A stretch of DNA of 20,784 nt from Catajapyx aquilonaris. Taxonomy: Eukaryota. Under the pieces are notes generated by a model, which ran no database searches, was not told the origin of the DNA, and worked only from the letters and a program-made list of their open reading frames with translations. The stretch lies in assembly GCA_000934665.2 (NCBI GenBank), contig JYFJ02000049.1, forward strand, positions 186,001-206,784, given 5' to 3'. The translations under genes and the position numbers were made by a program. Below are positions 10,660-20,784 of this stretch, one piece after another. The number at the start of each line of letters is the position of its first letter. Positions within the stretch are counted from its first letter, which is position 1.

Positions 10660-13072
10660 GGAGTAAAAAGGAGTTGCTTGCGGGGGTGGAGGAGGTTAAT
10701 CCCAGGGCCGAATCTCCCCCGGGGATGATTCGGGCTGTCGACTCGAATGGCGATGGTGCTTGGCGCCATGCTGATGCCTCCTGGCGCCTGTCTCCACCAG
10801 CAAAGAACCATAGGCCTCCACCAAGAAAATTAAATGGGACAAAATTGGAGGGCTTGAAGGAGAGGGTGTGCTCTCTCAGGGTAAAAGTAGGGGGTTATAC
10901 ACTGTATATATGGATGGTGTGTGCGGGGGTGGAAAAATATACGTGGGCGATATTTCCCCGCAGCCAGTCCTCTTCGTCATGTGCGAGACAATCGTTCGCT
11001 TTCCAGCAGATGAGATGGGCACAGAGCCAGCAAGGGGGGAAAGGCCACCGCTCCCTAACGTCCCAAATTCCCTCTGATAGACTCCAAGAGATGGAGGGGT
11101 GAGGAAGGAGGTAAAAAAGAAAAACGGGGGGTGGAGGGGGGTAAGGGCGTCGAGATCGCATAAACCGGGTTTGGCGAACGAATTGCTTCTGCTTGCTTTG
11201 CTATTCATGCAAAGACGAGCCCCAGTTGGATGATACGAGCCTGTGATCGGGTCACTAATATGACTCCTGGGGAGGTGATATCGCTTCATTCCATCCTTGA
11301 GTCATTGCCTGGTGATGCGACCCGATAGAGTGATTTTTTTTGTGACACCCGACCAAAGCATCGTGGACACTTTTCGCTCAGGTCCTCGCGTCAATGGGCG
11401 ACGCGACGGAGAGAGAAAAAAAGAAAGAAAAAGAAACGATATTTCCTGGGATGACGGCAACCCACAGCGCTTGCCTTGCAAAGTATCTTCAAGTTGGCGC
11501 ACTTTCCTAGGCGATTTTCGCTCGAGTTAGCTCATCAGCTTGTGTAAATGTTTATAGATGAACACCGTGTAAGCGGCCGGGTACTGTAGAGCTTCAAAAT
11601 ACGTTTGCAGGACCGCTTTTTTTTCCAGATTCAATTTCAACAAGGCGAGTGGGAAAAAGGTAGACATTTACCGAGGGAAAGAACTCGCACGGGCAAATGC
11701 CTGTTCATACAGCCACTTCTTTGGCCCCACGTCAACTTCTGAGCTAATTTTTCACATGTAAAATTGAGTCGTGAAGTTCGCATGAGGAGGGAGAAAAATC
11801 GGCTGTGGGAACAGACCACCACCCGATATTTGGACGAGCTTTCAGCATCGGAAATGTGACGCTACATTTTGCATTATGCATTAGCGGTTGCATGGATACA
11901 GGTTGTATTGTTGCGCATAGCGTGGTCGATAACTCGCTGTTGCATGCTACACTATGCGACTATCATAGAGACAAACGAGGTGTCGCTGAGGGTCATAAAC
12001 ACGTGAACATTTTCATGTACCGTATACAGTACATTGCTCATGCTCATGAAATGACTGAAATCCACATTAATAATGTGTTGAATAATCTGCGTTGTGACTA
12101 CAACAACAGAAGCCTCTCTGAATTAACCAGCAATTTACTTGACCGCTTATCTCTAATCCTCTAAAGCAAAAAGTGATTTTCAAAAAATAATAAAAGGCGC
12201 GTTTTAGTGCACTTTCCGCCCGGCACAATTTTTGCGCGCAAATGCCTCCCTCGGCACCGCTTCGGCACAGGAGACGCGACGCACGGATGTACGAACATAA
12301 AAGTTGTGTCACACAAATCCCTTAATCCCGTCAATGAAACGAACCAAGCCCCTCAGCCAAGCGGCACAAAGAGATCCGTTATGGTTGGTTTAATTTTGGT
12401 ACCTTTCCCAAAGTTGGAAAAAGTGTTCTGAATGCTCCTGGTAGGCAGCCAAGAAGAAAATTCATTCCGCCTGCCATAGCTGTCCAGAAAGTACCAATCG
12501 GACTGGGTGGGGGTGGGGAGGTTTTAAGAGAAATTCTTACCCCCTCTGCCATTTCTCAATATTATTGCAGGATTTAACGCGGGTACCATAACTTATTCCC
12601 GATCCGAGCAGAAATTCGCAATCATACTGAGTCGTCTTCTAATGAGACCATAACCTGTACGCATGGCTTGAAAGGGAACTACTGGGGACAAAACGAGTTG
12701 CCCGAAGCCAAAGAGAAGGCAAAGAGGAGGCAACCGAAGGCCTTCTTTTTTTCGCTTTTGAGTCGAATTATTCTCGAAAGTATGGCGTATATAAAGATCG
12801 CAGATCAAAGAGTAATGAAGACAGTGAGAGAGAGAGAGCGACATCTGATTGGATGCATGAGCCAAAGGAGCTTGGCATATTTTCCAAGGAATACGTGTCT
12901 CAGATTTCATCACTGGGATCCGAGCTCAACGTCTAAAATTGTTTCTTGCCCGCCGTTGCAAGCGGCGATCGAGAAAATTCTTCCTGGGATAAAAATACGA
13001 GAGACACTTACCTTGCGATGTCTCTCGCATGGGATGACAGTAAGAGACGGAAGCCTGCTACAAAAAAAATAG

Positions 13073-13096
13073 AGAAGAAGAAGAAGAAGAAGAAGA
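13073..13096 (+). repeat. (AGA)8 microsatellite
   Basis: Read directly from the sequence; lies within MARCH intron 2. Confidence 0.85.
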
Positions 13097-14051
13097 CTCG
13101 GCATAACTGTCTAGGCGGTACTCAGACTTGCAAACGCGAATCAGAAATCTGAAAGCAGAATTTCTGAAATGGAGGAGTGTGCTGCGCTAAAAGGATCAAC
13201 ATTCCTCGTGACTTTGCGCTACAGCAAAGGATCCGCCTCTGTATATACAGGGTATCCATAAAGAACTGGAGGGCCACCAACCATACAGAAATGCAGATGT
13301 GGTTGCGGACTTGCCAGGATATACATCAGTTGGAGTAATCTCAAGCCCTCTACGCAGTGCCTTGTACTTAAAAACTATATGTTTAATCCAGCGACGAGGG
13401 GTGCAAAACTTGGGCAGTACGCCACCCTGTTGAATCATGCCTCAAGGCAACGTCATTTGCATCTATCTGCAAAACAAACTCCTCCGTCGTGCAGCGTTGA
13501 GCCGGAACTCTGGTATTTCGGCATAACCGACAAAACACAGCATCATTACGCTGGATTACAAATTCATACTGCCGCGGCGTATCTACAAAATGTATATCTC
13601 GAACAGTTTCCCCTGTTTTGCCAAGTTCCCCAGAGACGGCTTCCAGAAAAACCGCGATGAAAGTAGGCATCAAGACTTGCAGACTACAAGCGACTTTCTG
13701 TCCCCTAAGGTGTAAACTCAACTCTGACAAGATATTTATGTCGGCGGCTGTACGTTTCATTCTCCGTGACGGTGGTTTAAATTGCAATTTCCTCGCCTTG
13801 CGTGTCGTCGCAGCTCACATTGCGAACAGGGGCGAACTTGGGCCATATTTTGCCTGCTTTGTCAGGAATGTCTGGAATATTTTCCCCTGCACTTTCGCCT
13901 GATGGAGATTAATGCGGCCGAGTCTCATTAGTTCGTGAACCCAGAGGGTTTCCTGTATGCCTGAGGGAGGCCTTGAAGCAGGTCGAGAATGGCATGCCAA
14001 ACTCCATCAGTGACCGATACGTTTCGTTTCTTTCTTCCTTTTTTGTTTCAG

Positions 14052-14317
14052 TACGGCGGGTACCAGGCCTTCTGGCGATGGCTGCACAACCCAGCCTCGG
14101 CTTCCGACACGCGAAACCTGCTGTTTGACCTGGCCTGCTTCTGCCTGCTGACCCCTCTGGCCGGAATCTCCTCCTGGCTGTGCGTGGTTGGAGCCCAGCA
14201 CTACTCGACCCAGGACCCCGTCATTTTTCCGACAGCCACTTGGACCAGCGTGGGTCTTCTGTCCCTAACGGCAACCCTCATCGTGGCCTACTACGTCTGG
14301 GTCTTTGTGGCATTCAG
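14052..14317 (+). CDS. MARCHF2: MARCHF2/3-like, exon 3 (two transmembrane helices)
   Basis: Strong acceptor ttttttgtttcag|. RNLLFDLACFCLLTPLAGISSWLCVVGAQ...VGLLSLTATLIVAYYVWVFVAFR matches MARCH2/3 [24 protein letters not shown]...VGLIALT...W...FR. Donor ag|GTAATG is phase 2. Confidence 0.95.
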
Positions 14318-15181
14318 GTAATGTCATCATATACGCTCACGTCAGTGTGCCCTCCACAAGTACAGAAAAAGTAAATCACGGCAGAGATGCACCTTTTCAA
14401 GTTGAAATGAGAGCATAAAAGTCTCCATCGTGAATTTTCATGGGCAATGATAGGTGTTCATGGTCCCAGTTGCTCGATGCCTTGTATAGCCAACAAAATA
14501 TCAACCGAATTTCCCTCTACTATACACCGATATTGTGTAGCAAGCTTCTCGGGGTTTTCCTAACCGCTTGACATAGGAAATAACCCACAAAAGGGTGTTA
14601 TAAAAATGCCGTAAAGTTGGAAGGTGCGCTTTTGTGAATTTTCCTCCTTCCCGTCACGTCCAGGTCGACAGTCAGGTTCCTCCCTTTGCAACCTCCCTCG
14701 ACATAAAGAAACACCAAATCTTCCGACAGAGCCCCTCTTCTTCTTTTTTTTCTCTTCCGACTCGTTTCGTACAAGAGACAGAAAAGGAGTGACCTCCAGA
14801 CTTCTTGTCGTTCCCCCCCCCCCCTTTTCTCCGGACCATTGCAAAGAGAGTGCGGACCTTGCCAATTGCTCTGTCCACAATTCTGCTGAGGATGTCCTCC
14901 TTTTGCGCGATAACCCCCAAATAGCCATTCAAGTCCCGGACCCAGCAGAATTCTCCCCTTCCCATTTTGCCTTTAGTTCATCCCCTTCTGCCAAGTATAA
15001 AGAGCGAGGGGGCTTGGGCTTGAAACTCTCATTGGCCAAATCCACCTGCATTCCCGTCACACGTCTCCCTCGCTGCTGCTCTTCAGCCTAATTACTTCTC
15101 TCCCTCAGCTTCCCCCGTATTTTTAACCGGCCTCTAACTGATTGAATTCGCGCATAATAACGCGTACTTTTGGCTCAAGTT

Positions 15182-15195
15182 CTCTCTCTCTCTCT
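15182..15195 (+). repeat. Short (TC)7 microsatellite
   Basis: Read directly from the sequence; lies within MARCH intron 3. Confidence 0.7.
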
Positions 15196-15517
15196 CCCCC
15201 TCCTTCTCCCCGGCCACCTCCTAGCACGCCCCACCTCTACGTAAAGTGCTATTAGCGAGAGGTTTTCCACGGCGCCATATTCACCTCCAGCAGCTGCGAG
15301 GAAGTCATTAATCACCGGGAAGGAACCGAATGATTGATGGAGACCCTGCCGCTGCTCCGACTCCCCAAGGCATGGTATATGATACAAGCTCCCCCAAACA
15401 ATGAGTCCCTCTGAAACTTGCTGTTTTAAAGATGGTTAACATTAACTTAAGGCGTTTTACACCTGTAAAATTTAATGGGTTGTAATACCGAGCCTTAATT
15501 CATATTTTACTCTGCAG

Positions 15518-15701
15518 GTATCACATGCAAGTGTGGAATGACTGGCGGATGCGTAACTATGTGGTGGAAATCATTCCCATGGATCTGGTGGAAGAAATGC
15601 TCCGGATTGAGGCTGGCGATCAGCCTCCAGAACACGTTACATCATCCGAAAGGATACCTTCTCAGGTAGTGCCCGTCATGCTCTACGATGTGGTGGAATA
15701 A
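15518..15701 (+). CDS. MARCHF2: MARCHF2/3-like, terminal exon 4 (cytoplasmic tail); not in the ORF track
   Basis: Acceptor ttttactctgcag| is phase 2. Encodes (R)YHMQVWNDWRMRNYVVEIIP...YDVVE*, matching MARCH2 RYHCQLYSEWRKTNQKV. Stop TAA at 15699-15701. The spliced CDS from 5696 is 786 nt (261 aa). Confidence 0.9.
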
Positions 15702-15773
15702 ACTTCAGGCTCACTGCGGAAAGTTCGGCGTGATAAAATCTTCCTCCAAAGCAACCCCTCCAGCATCCCGCCA

Positions 15774-15779
15774 AATAAA
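15774..15779 (+). terminator. Candidate polyadenylation signal of the MARCH gene
   Basis: AATAAA about 70 nt after the stop codon. A second AATAAA overlaps the stop itself (15697-15702). Confidence 0.4.
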
Positions 15780-16219
15780 GTGCGGGAATCGTCCGCTTCT
15801 ATAGCCACTGAAAAATCATCACTGAAGTTAGTACAATGAGAAACCGAAAGTTACGGCCGACTGCAAAAATATAAATTATGCCTTGGAATCTCAACGAATG
15901 AAGTCGATATCTGCATTATCCCCTGTGCAGCCAAAGACCTTCAGGCAACAAAGGAGGTCTCTTCTGTTGAAGTTCATAAGTTAGGTTAATAGGGCTGGGG
16001 AGATAAAGAGATTTAGATGAAGTCACAAACTGCGGAGTAAATTTGCAACGAAAAAAAAAACTGGTATGTGCACACATTTTCCACTTGCGCCTACATAAGT
16101 GGCATTACATTTGAATAACTCGATAGCCCTTTACGTGCAACCTGAGTAATTCAATATCTGGCTGGAAAAGTGAGGGAATTGGCGTAATCAGAGGCAAGTA
16201 AGCATGCAACAACGATAGT

Positions 16220-16225
16220 TTTATT
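16220..16225 (-). terminator. Candidate polyadenylation signal of MMACHC
   Basis: TTTATT on the + strand (AATAAA on the - strand), about 77 nt past the MMACHC stop codon. Confidence 0.5.
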
Positions 16226-16301
16226 TTGTCTAAAAATATACTGTGCCAAGCTCGAATAATCACAACACTTGGGGATGGATAGAGATAACAATACTGCTTG
16301 T

Positions 16302-16475
16302 TTACCTAGCTCCATAGAGCCTCTCTAAAATACTCCACCTATCAGAAGGTGGGGTGGAAAAGTACTCTCGTTGCAACTCCGAATACCTGTCAATGGGCGT
16401 CACAATGTCTCTGTACCTAGAGTCTTCCCAGTGCCAGTTGAACAACTCGAGCAACTTCCGACGTTTCTCTTGACT
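16302..16475 (-). CDS. MMACHC: MMACHC/CblC terminal exon; not in the ORF track
   Basis: Acceptor tttttcgcactcag|. [57 protein letters not shown] matches human [39 protein letters not shown]. Confidence 0.95.
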   Translation of the reverse strand, partial: SQEKRRKLLELFNWHWEDSRYRDIVTPIDRYSELQREYFSTPPSDRWSILERLYGAR

Positions 16476-16868
16476 CTGAGTGCGAAAAACAATTGTCCGC
16501 TAAGTAAATTTTGCACAAAACATGCCCCAGAGAGCAACAACTCCCGCAAATGCGCCTAGTACAGGGTTAAATGTCCTTACACTGCATGCATTAGTCCGGC
16601 ATGCAACTTTCCCCCAGGCTAACCCAAACCAGGTGTAAAATTAACAAGTTAGTTACTCCCCTTCTTAATTTCATCTCACACAAAAAGCAATCACACACAC
16701 ACAAAAAAGCGAACAACATTCAAGTGAATCCTTCCAACAACCAGCGACAATTTGCCACATTTCACGCCTGAAACAATTAAGCGTTTGAGCGGCAGAAAAA
16801 AAAAAGAGCGAGGAGGGTGCTCTGGCACCACATGCACCAGCAAAGCGTGAAAATTGTTTCAAACCTAC

Positions 16869-16991
16869 TGGCACGACATCCGGCGGCACTTTCCGAGGCA
16901 AGTCTGGAACGAGGACGGACTCGAAAATCAGGACCCCACGAAATGCAAACCAGCCGCCGTAATCTGGATGGATGCTCACCCCAAACATAGG
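16869..16991 (-). CDS. MMACHC: MMACHC/CblC exon 4
   Basis: Acceptor tttcag|. PMFGVSIHPDYGGWFAFRGVLIFESVLVPDLPRKVPPDVVP contains the CblC signature GVxIHPxxGGWFAxRG. Donor cca|GTAGGT. Phase 0 at both ends. Confidence 0.95.
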
Positions 16992-19276
16992 CTGAAATGA
17001 ACATGTACTGAGTCTGCTGGGTTTGGAGGGATGCTTTGAGGCGACACCGGGAATGTCAGCAGAGAGTTTGGCCCCAGTCATTGTCAACTTGAGCCCAGCA
17101 GACACAACAACACAAAAGCAGGCCCTGAGCTATTTCTCAATAAGGAGCTGGGATGATTCGCCATCTCCTGCCGAATCGTAGCAATCGCTCCCCGGTTCCT
17201 CCAGGGTTCCTTAAATCCTGGATAAATGGAAGGAGGGACAATAATCCCTGCCAATATCGGCTCGGGTAGACCAAAGATAATTGTGCCTACACAGGCAAAG
17301 GTCGGTGTAATGCGGGAAGAACCTAGCATGTCTAACTTGGGGAGTCGTATACCAGCCTATCTCGGGCCATACATTTCCTTTACTACTCCTGCTCTACTTC
17401 GTCTAGGACTAATCTCCTTTTGCAACTAAATGGTCAAGTTTTAGAGCACAAATACGTTAAAGCTAGAGAGTATAGCAAAGATAAGCGCATTTCCTACCAA
17501 AATGCCCGTATTTGCCAAATCCCATCAGCTCCCAAGCTCTGAAAAGTTGCATATTACTGTAAGCAGGATGCTCCTAGTTCTTATTAAGCACTGTACAAAG
17601 TATACACTGCAGGCTAAACACGGAAATTTAATTATCAGTCATTGCGCAAGACCACGGGTGGAAGATACAGAGCACTCCAATACTGTACTACTGTTATGTA
17701 GAAATCTGCCCAAAAAATCTCATTTGACTTGATATGGCAGCTAGTCCAAAACCTTCCAAATGCAAAACTCTTCATGCCAATCCTGCTATGTATTCAATAC
17801 GTCACACCTCAAACACACAGTACATGCCATAAAATTCTAAAGCTATAAAACAGATAGGATATACAGTAGTATGCGAGGGTCGCAAAATTCATGATCCTCC
17901 GCAAAAAGGGAGTAATATACACCACATATTATTCGGCGTTGGCATAATTAGAAAATTGCTCATACTGGTCATGCAGATTCCTCACGGGAATACCGCACAT
18001 AAACATGCCTCTTGGCTCCAAAAACTCGTTTTCGGATAGCAAAATTATCCTAGAAAATTGACCAGGCAAATTAAGTGTCCCCAATTTCAAGCACAATAAT
18101 TGTAGCCACGAGCTGCATCGGAAGGCCTCTACGGGCCGCTTGCTGGCCATCACTTAAAACTCATTCACAAATTATGCCGGTGTAGCTCTTTACACAACGT
18201 ACATAGCTCAGCTCCCAAAATGGTCAATAGGTTTAGCCCACATCAAACGGCCTTCCCCCGGATTTGTTTTTTTTAAAAAGGCTCCACTCTGTAGTATTCC
18301 GCATAAAATGTCATTTCTGCTACCAATAGTCCCCACCAATCGTACAAAAATTTTCGGTCGTGCTTGGTCTACTAATACAACCAATTACACGGGTATCAGA
18401 GGCACAGCAATCTGTAAACAAAATTGCAAGCCGCAATCTACATGCACAAAGGACTAGGCAATTTTGGGACCTAGGGTCCGATCCCTCGAAATAGGTCCCG
18501 GGTCCAAATCCATCCTATCCTATCCTAGTGATCCCTCAAGTAGCCCGTGTTAGCCTGATGAAACTCCAATGCAGAGACAGAGAAAATGACCCCATTAAAA
18601 CTAAACGGCTTACTTGACAACTTCATCGACTTGGGGAAGGGGGCATCCGGGTTATGGCGGCTCCTCTGATGGTATTAATTCCGCCAAATACCTTCCAAAA
18701 GGTTCTGTGCACCCCTCGTGCAAGTCACATTCACCCACTTTTGGGATTTTCATGATTACAACGGGATTTTTTCCATTTCACGGTCCTATACTGATGCTAT
18801 TCATGGGTGGGACCGGGGGGCACTGCAGAGTCGATCCGACCCAGAGGATTAGCCTCCATGTCAAACTATCTCGACGTAACACTACTTTTGTCGCCAGAAA
18901 AAGCGTTCCCTGAACAATAAAACCCAGATCCATTCCTCGATTGTTTGCCATGCGACACGATTTATTCTCTCGACATGATTGCCAGGTTTTCATTTCATCC
19001 CTCGCCTTTTTTTTTTTAGTTGCCCTGTACCCGATGCGACGAGAGGGATTTACGAACTATAAAAATAGCAGTCCCAGTAGCTACATTCCCAACTTTAATC
19101 AGGGCAAAACCCGGGATTAAATTCTCCCAACAGGCACATTCGTTTCGGGCCATCGCACCTTTAATGTTCCAATCATTGATTGTGATAAACTAACACTGAT
19201 ATGCTGCTTCAGTGTGTGGAATAAATTAAACCGGTCCGGGACTGCAGCATTTCACAATCTGCATGATAAAACTGAC

Positions 19277-19443
19277 CCTGTCACTCCAAATTTTAAAACT
19301 GAGGGATCGCCATTGCAGTCCTGAGACACAAGAGCTTTAGAAACTATTGCCTGCACAGCTGCTTCGAGATTCTTCGTCACCAACTGCTTTGCATGAGTAA
19401 CAAATTCATATTTATCGGCCAAGCTTAGAACCTCCTCCCAACT
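19277..19443 (-). other. Cryptic or alternative exon candidate inside MMACHC intron 3
   Basis: Very strong acceptor ttcctcattttctttctgtccctacag|, 55 open codons in phase 0 only, and donor gg|GTCAGT. Confidence 0.4.
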
Positions 19444-19706
19444 CTGTAGGGACAGAAAGAAAATGAGGAAAACGGATGGCTTTAAAAAAGCTTTCTGACA
19501 AGTCCTGGAATAGAAAAATTCTCGCTTCTACGTCGCTTTCGCAGCAACCTTAATCATTCACATTATCCTATAGTTTCAAAGTGAGCTGCTTTCCTCATTT
19601 TTCAAGCCCACAAGCAGTCTGCGAAAAAACTGCAAAACCCACGGATGAACACATTTTCGTGTATAGCAACAAAATGCTTCAGTGGCATATACTCCTTGCT
19701 TCATAC

Positions 19707-19862
19707 CTTGTTAGAATCCCAGTAATCACCAGTTACATCTTTCCTCTGGTAATAATATGCAGCACCTGCTATGTGACCAGCTGTCTGCACGAGAATTTTG
19801 GGCCTCCTGGTTGGCAGCAGCTCAAACTCGTGTATCACATGGACGGCATGCTTTGCAAAAGG
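19707..19862 (-). CDS. MMACHC: MMACHC/CblC exon 3; not in the ORF track
   Basis: [52 protein letters not shown] matches human [27 protein letters not shown]. Acceptor catcaag| follows a CTAAC branch site in a 71-nt intron, with an alternative in-frame acceptor at 19850. Donor aag|GTATGA. Confidence 0.93.
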
Positions 19863-19933
19863 CTTGATGTGAAATGCTGGTTAGGTATGCTCACAATGTC
19901 AAACACAAAATAAGAGTCAGATGTAACACTCAC

Positions 19934-20125
19934 GTTTTTTAAAGATGCAAGAGCGTGTCGCATGCATTCATCCAGAGGATCCAATGGTGTTCGATCATGC
20001 TTTTGCGCAAATGGCAGAAAACACTTTTCGAACATTGCAGGGGTACTAATCACCACAAATGCCAGTGTGTCAGGTTCAAAATGCAAGTGGAATGTTGGCA
20101 ATACATTTTCATTGTACCACCCAAC
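19934..20125 (-). CDS. MMACHC: MMACHC/CblC exon 2 (exon 1 apparently outside the window)
   Basis: Acceptor tttcag|. VGWYNENVLPTFHLHFEPDTLAFVVISTPAMFEKCFLPF...DPLDEC matches human [39 protein letters not shown]...DPVDQC. Donor aac|GTGAGT. Confidence 0.95.
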
Positions 20126-20691
20126 CTGAAACACCAAATGACAGTTCACTGAAATTTGTTGCACAGGCTGTCTCATTTATCCTAATTTCGCACAGATGGC
20201 ATGGGGGAACATTGATTTTTCTGTTACTCTAGTCGTGACACCAAATAAGGTTATGTCATAATCATAATCAGCGTACTTTCATCCCACCTAATTGAAGTGT
20301 GACATCCTCATTACACCTCATTCCACCCTGCTGCCTGATATTAAACAATGTGGGTGGCTACAAGCCTGCCAAATGGTTATTATTACCACCACTTATTAAC
20401 ACATTGCTGCCTATAATATTGTACCGAGATCAGTATCAAGACAAGTGAATGTTGGGGAAATTTTCAAAAGTATGACATACAGACCAACAAAACACTACAT
20501 ATTATCCTTATTACACTTACAGTGTGTATTCTCATGATATGACTGTGCATGGGACATAGAAACATCTATTAGGTATTTTCATAATTATGTAGTAGTTAAA
20601 TATTAATTGCACAGAATGGTGTGTATGGGTCGATATTCAGTAAAAGTACAATATGTTGTCCCAGTGCAGTATATGGTAGAATACTGACATA

Positions 20692-20784
20692 TACGAGGGG
20701 CGGTCATAAAGTTCTTACAATCACCACGAAAGACTGCGGACAGCGGCGAATTTTCGCTGCTGGGGCGTAAGCACGTTACTCTAA
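20692..20784. mobile_element. Probable left end of a Tc1/mariner-family element or MITE in MMACHC intron 1
   Basis: TA followed by CGAGGGGCGGTCATAAAGTTC resembles mariner terminal inverted repeats of the TA|CGAGGG..(T)CA.AAAGT type. Composition shifts from AT-rich to GC-richer at this point. An internal imperfect palindrome lies at 20741-20762. The partner TIR is not in the window. Confidence 0.4.

Noticed and set aside
10587..13152. Numerous ORF-track ORFs in intronic DNA
   Set aside because: They are driven by low-complexity runs and non-ATG starts, with no protein-family features.
13196..13902. Overlapping ORFs of 80-134 aa in MARCH intron 2 as a possible nested gene
   Set aside because: No recognisable motifs or coherent splice structure, and the lengths are compatible with chance.
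18330..18370. RPKIFV on the - strand resembling MMACHC exon 3 RPKILV (possible duplicated exon)
   Set aside because: The similarity covers only about 25 nt, with no QTAxH or AYYY motif and no fitting splice sites.
18466..18499. 8-bp inverted repeat GGGACCTA...TAGGTCCC with nearby CCTAT repeats
   Set aside because: Too short to distinguish from chance, with no target-site duplication or second copy in the window.
20126..20176. ATG at 20176 as the MMACHC start (MRQPVQQISVNCHLVFQ)
   Set aside because: It lacks the conserved GFExxPF N-terminal motif, and tttcag| at 20126 matches the conserved intron 1 acceptor, so this is intron sequence.
1..20784. Prokaryotic systems (CRISPR, operons, cobalamin riboswitch), tRNA and rRNA genes
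   Set aside because: The sequence is intron-containing eukaryotic DNA. I saw no repeat-spacer array, cloverleaf or B12-box motif by eye; an Infernal/Rfam scan would be needed to exclude ncRNAs formally.

Overview
Eukaryotic (invertebrate-animal-like) genomic DNA with spliceosomal GT-AG introns. It is not prokaryotic, and most ORFs in the supplied track are spurious. Three spliced genes can be read by hand. (1) A complete + strand MARCHF2/3-type RING-CH E3 ubiquitin ligase: exons 5696-5921, 8205-8314, 14052-14317 and 15518-15701, giving 261 aa, with a possible extra upstream coding exon at 5428-5532. (2) A convergent - strand MMACHC/CblC cobalamin-processing gene: exons 20125-19934, 19862-19707, 16991-16869 and 16475-16302, with exon 1 apparently beyond the right edge. 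(3) A - strand GC-rich exon at 1451-1015 encoding a coiled coil preceded by what looks like a decayed TRAF-type zinc finger of the RNF41 / PDZRN3-4 (LNX3/4) type. Also present are a probable mariner-like terminal repeat at the right edge, short microsatellites and a 6-N assembly gap in a poly-G run. I found no clearly novel multi-gene system. The best leads are two frame-complementing cryptic exons inside MMACHC intron 3, and the RING-less RNF41/PDZRN-like exon. All homology calls come from recalled family sequences, not from database searches.
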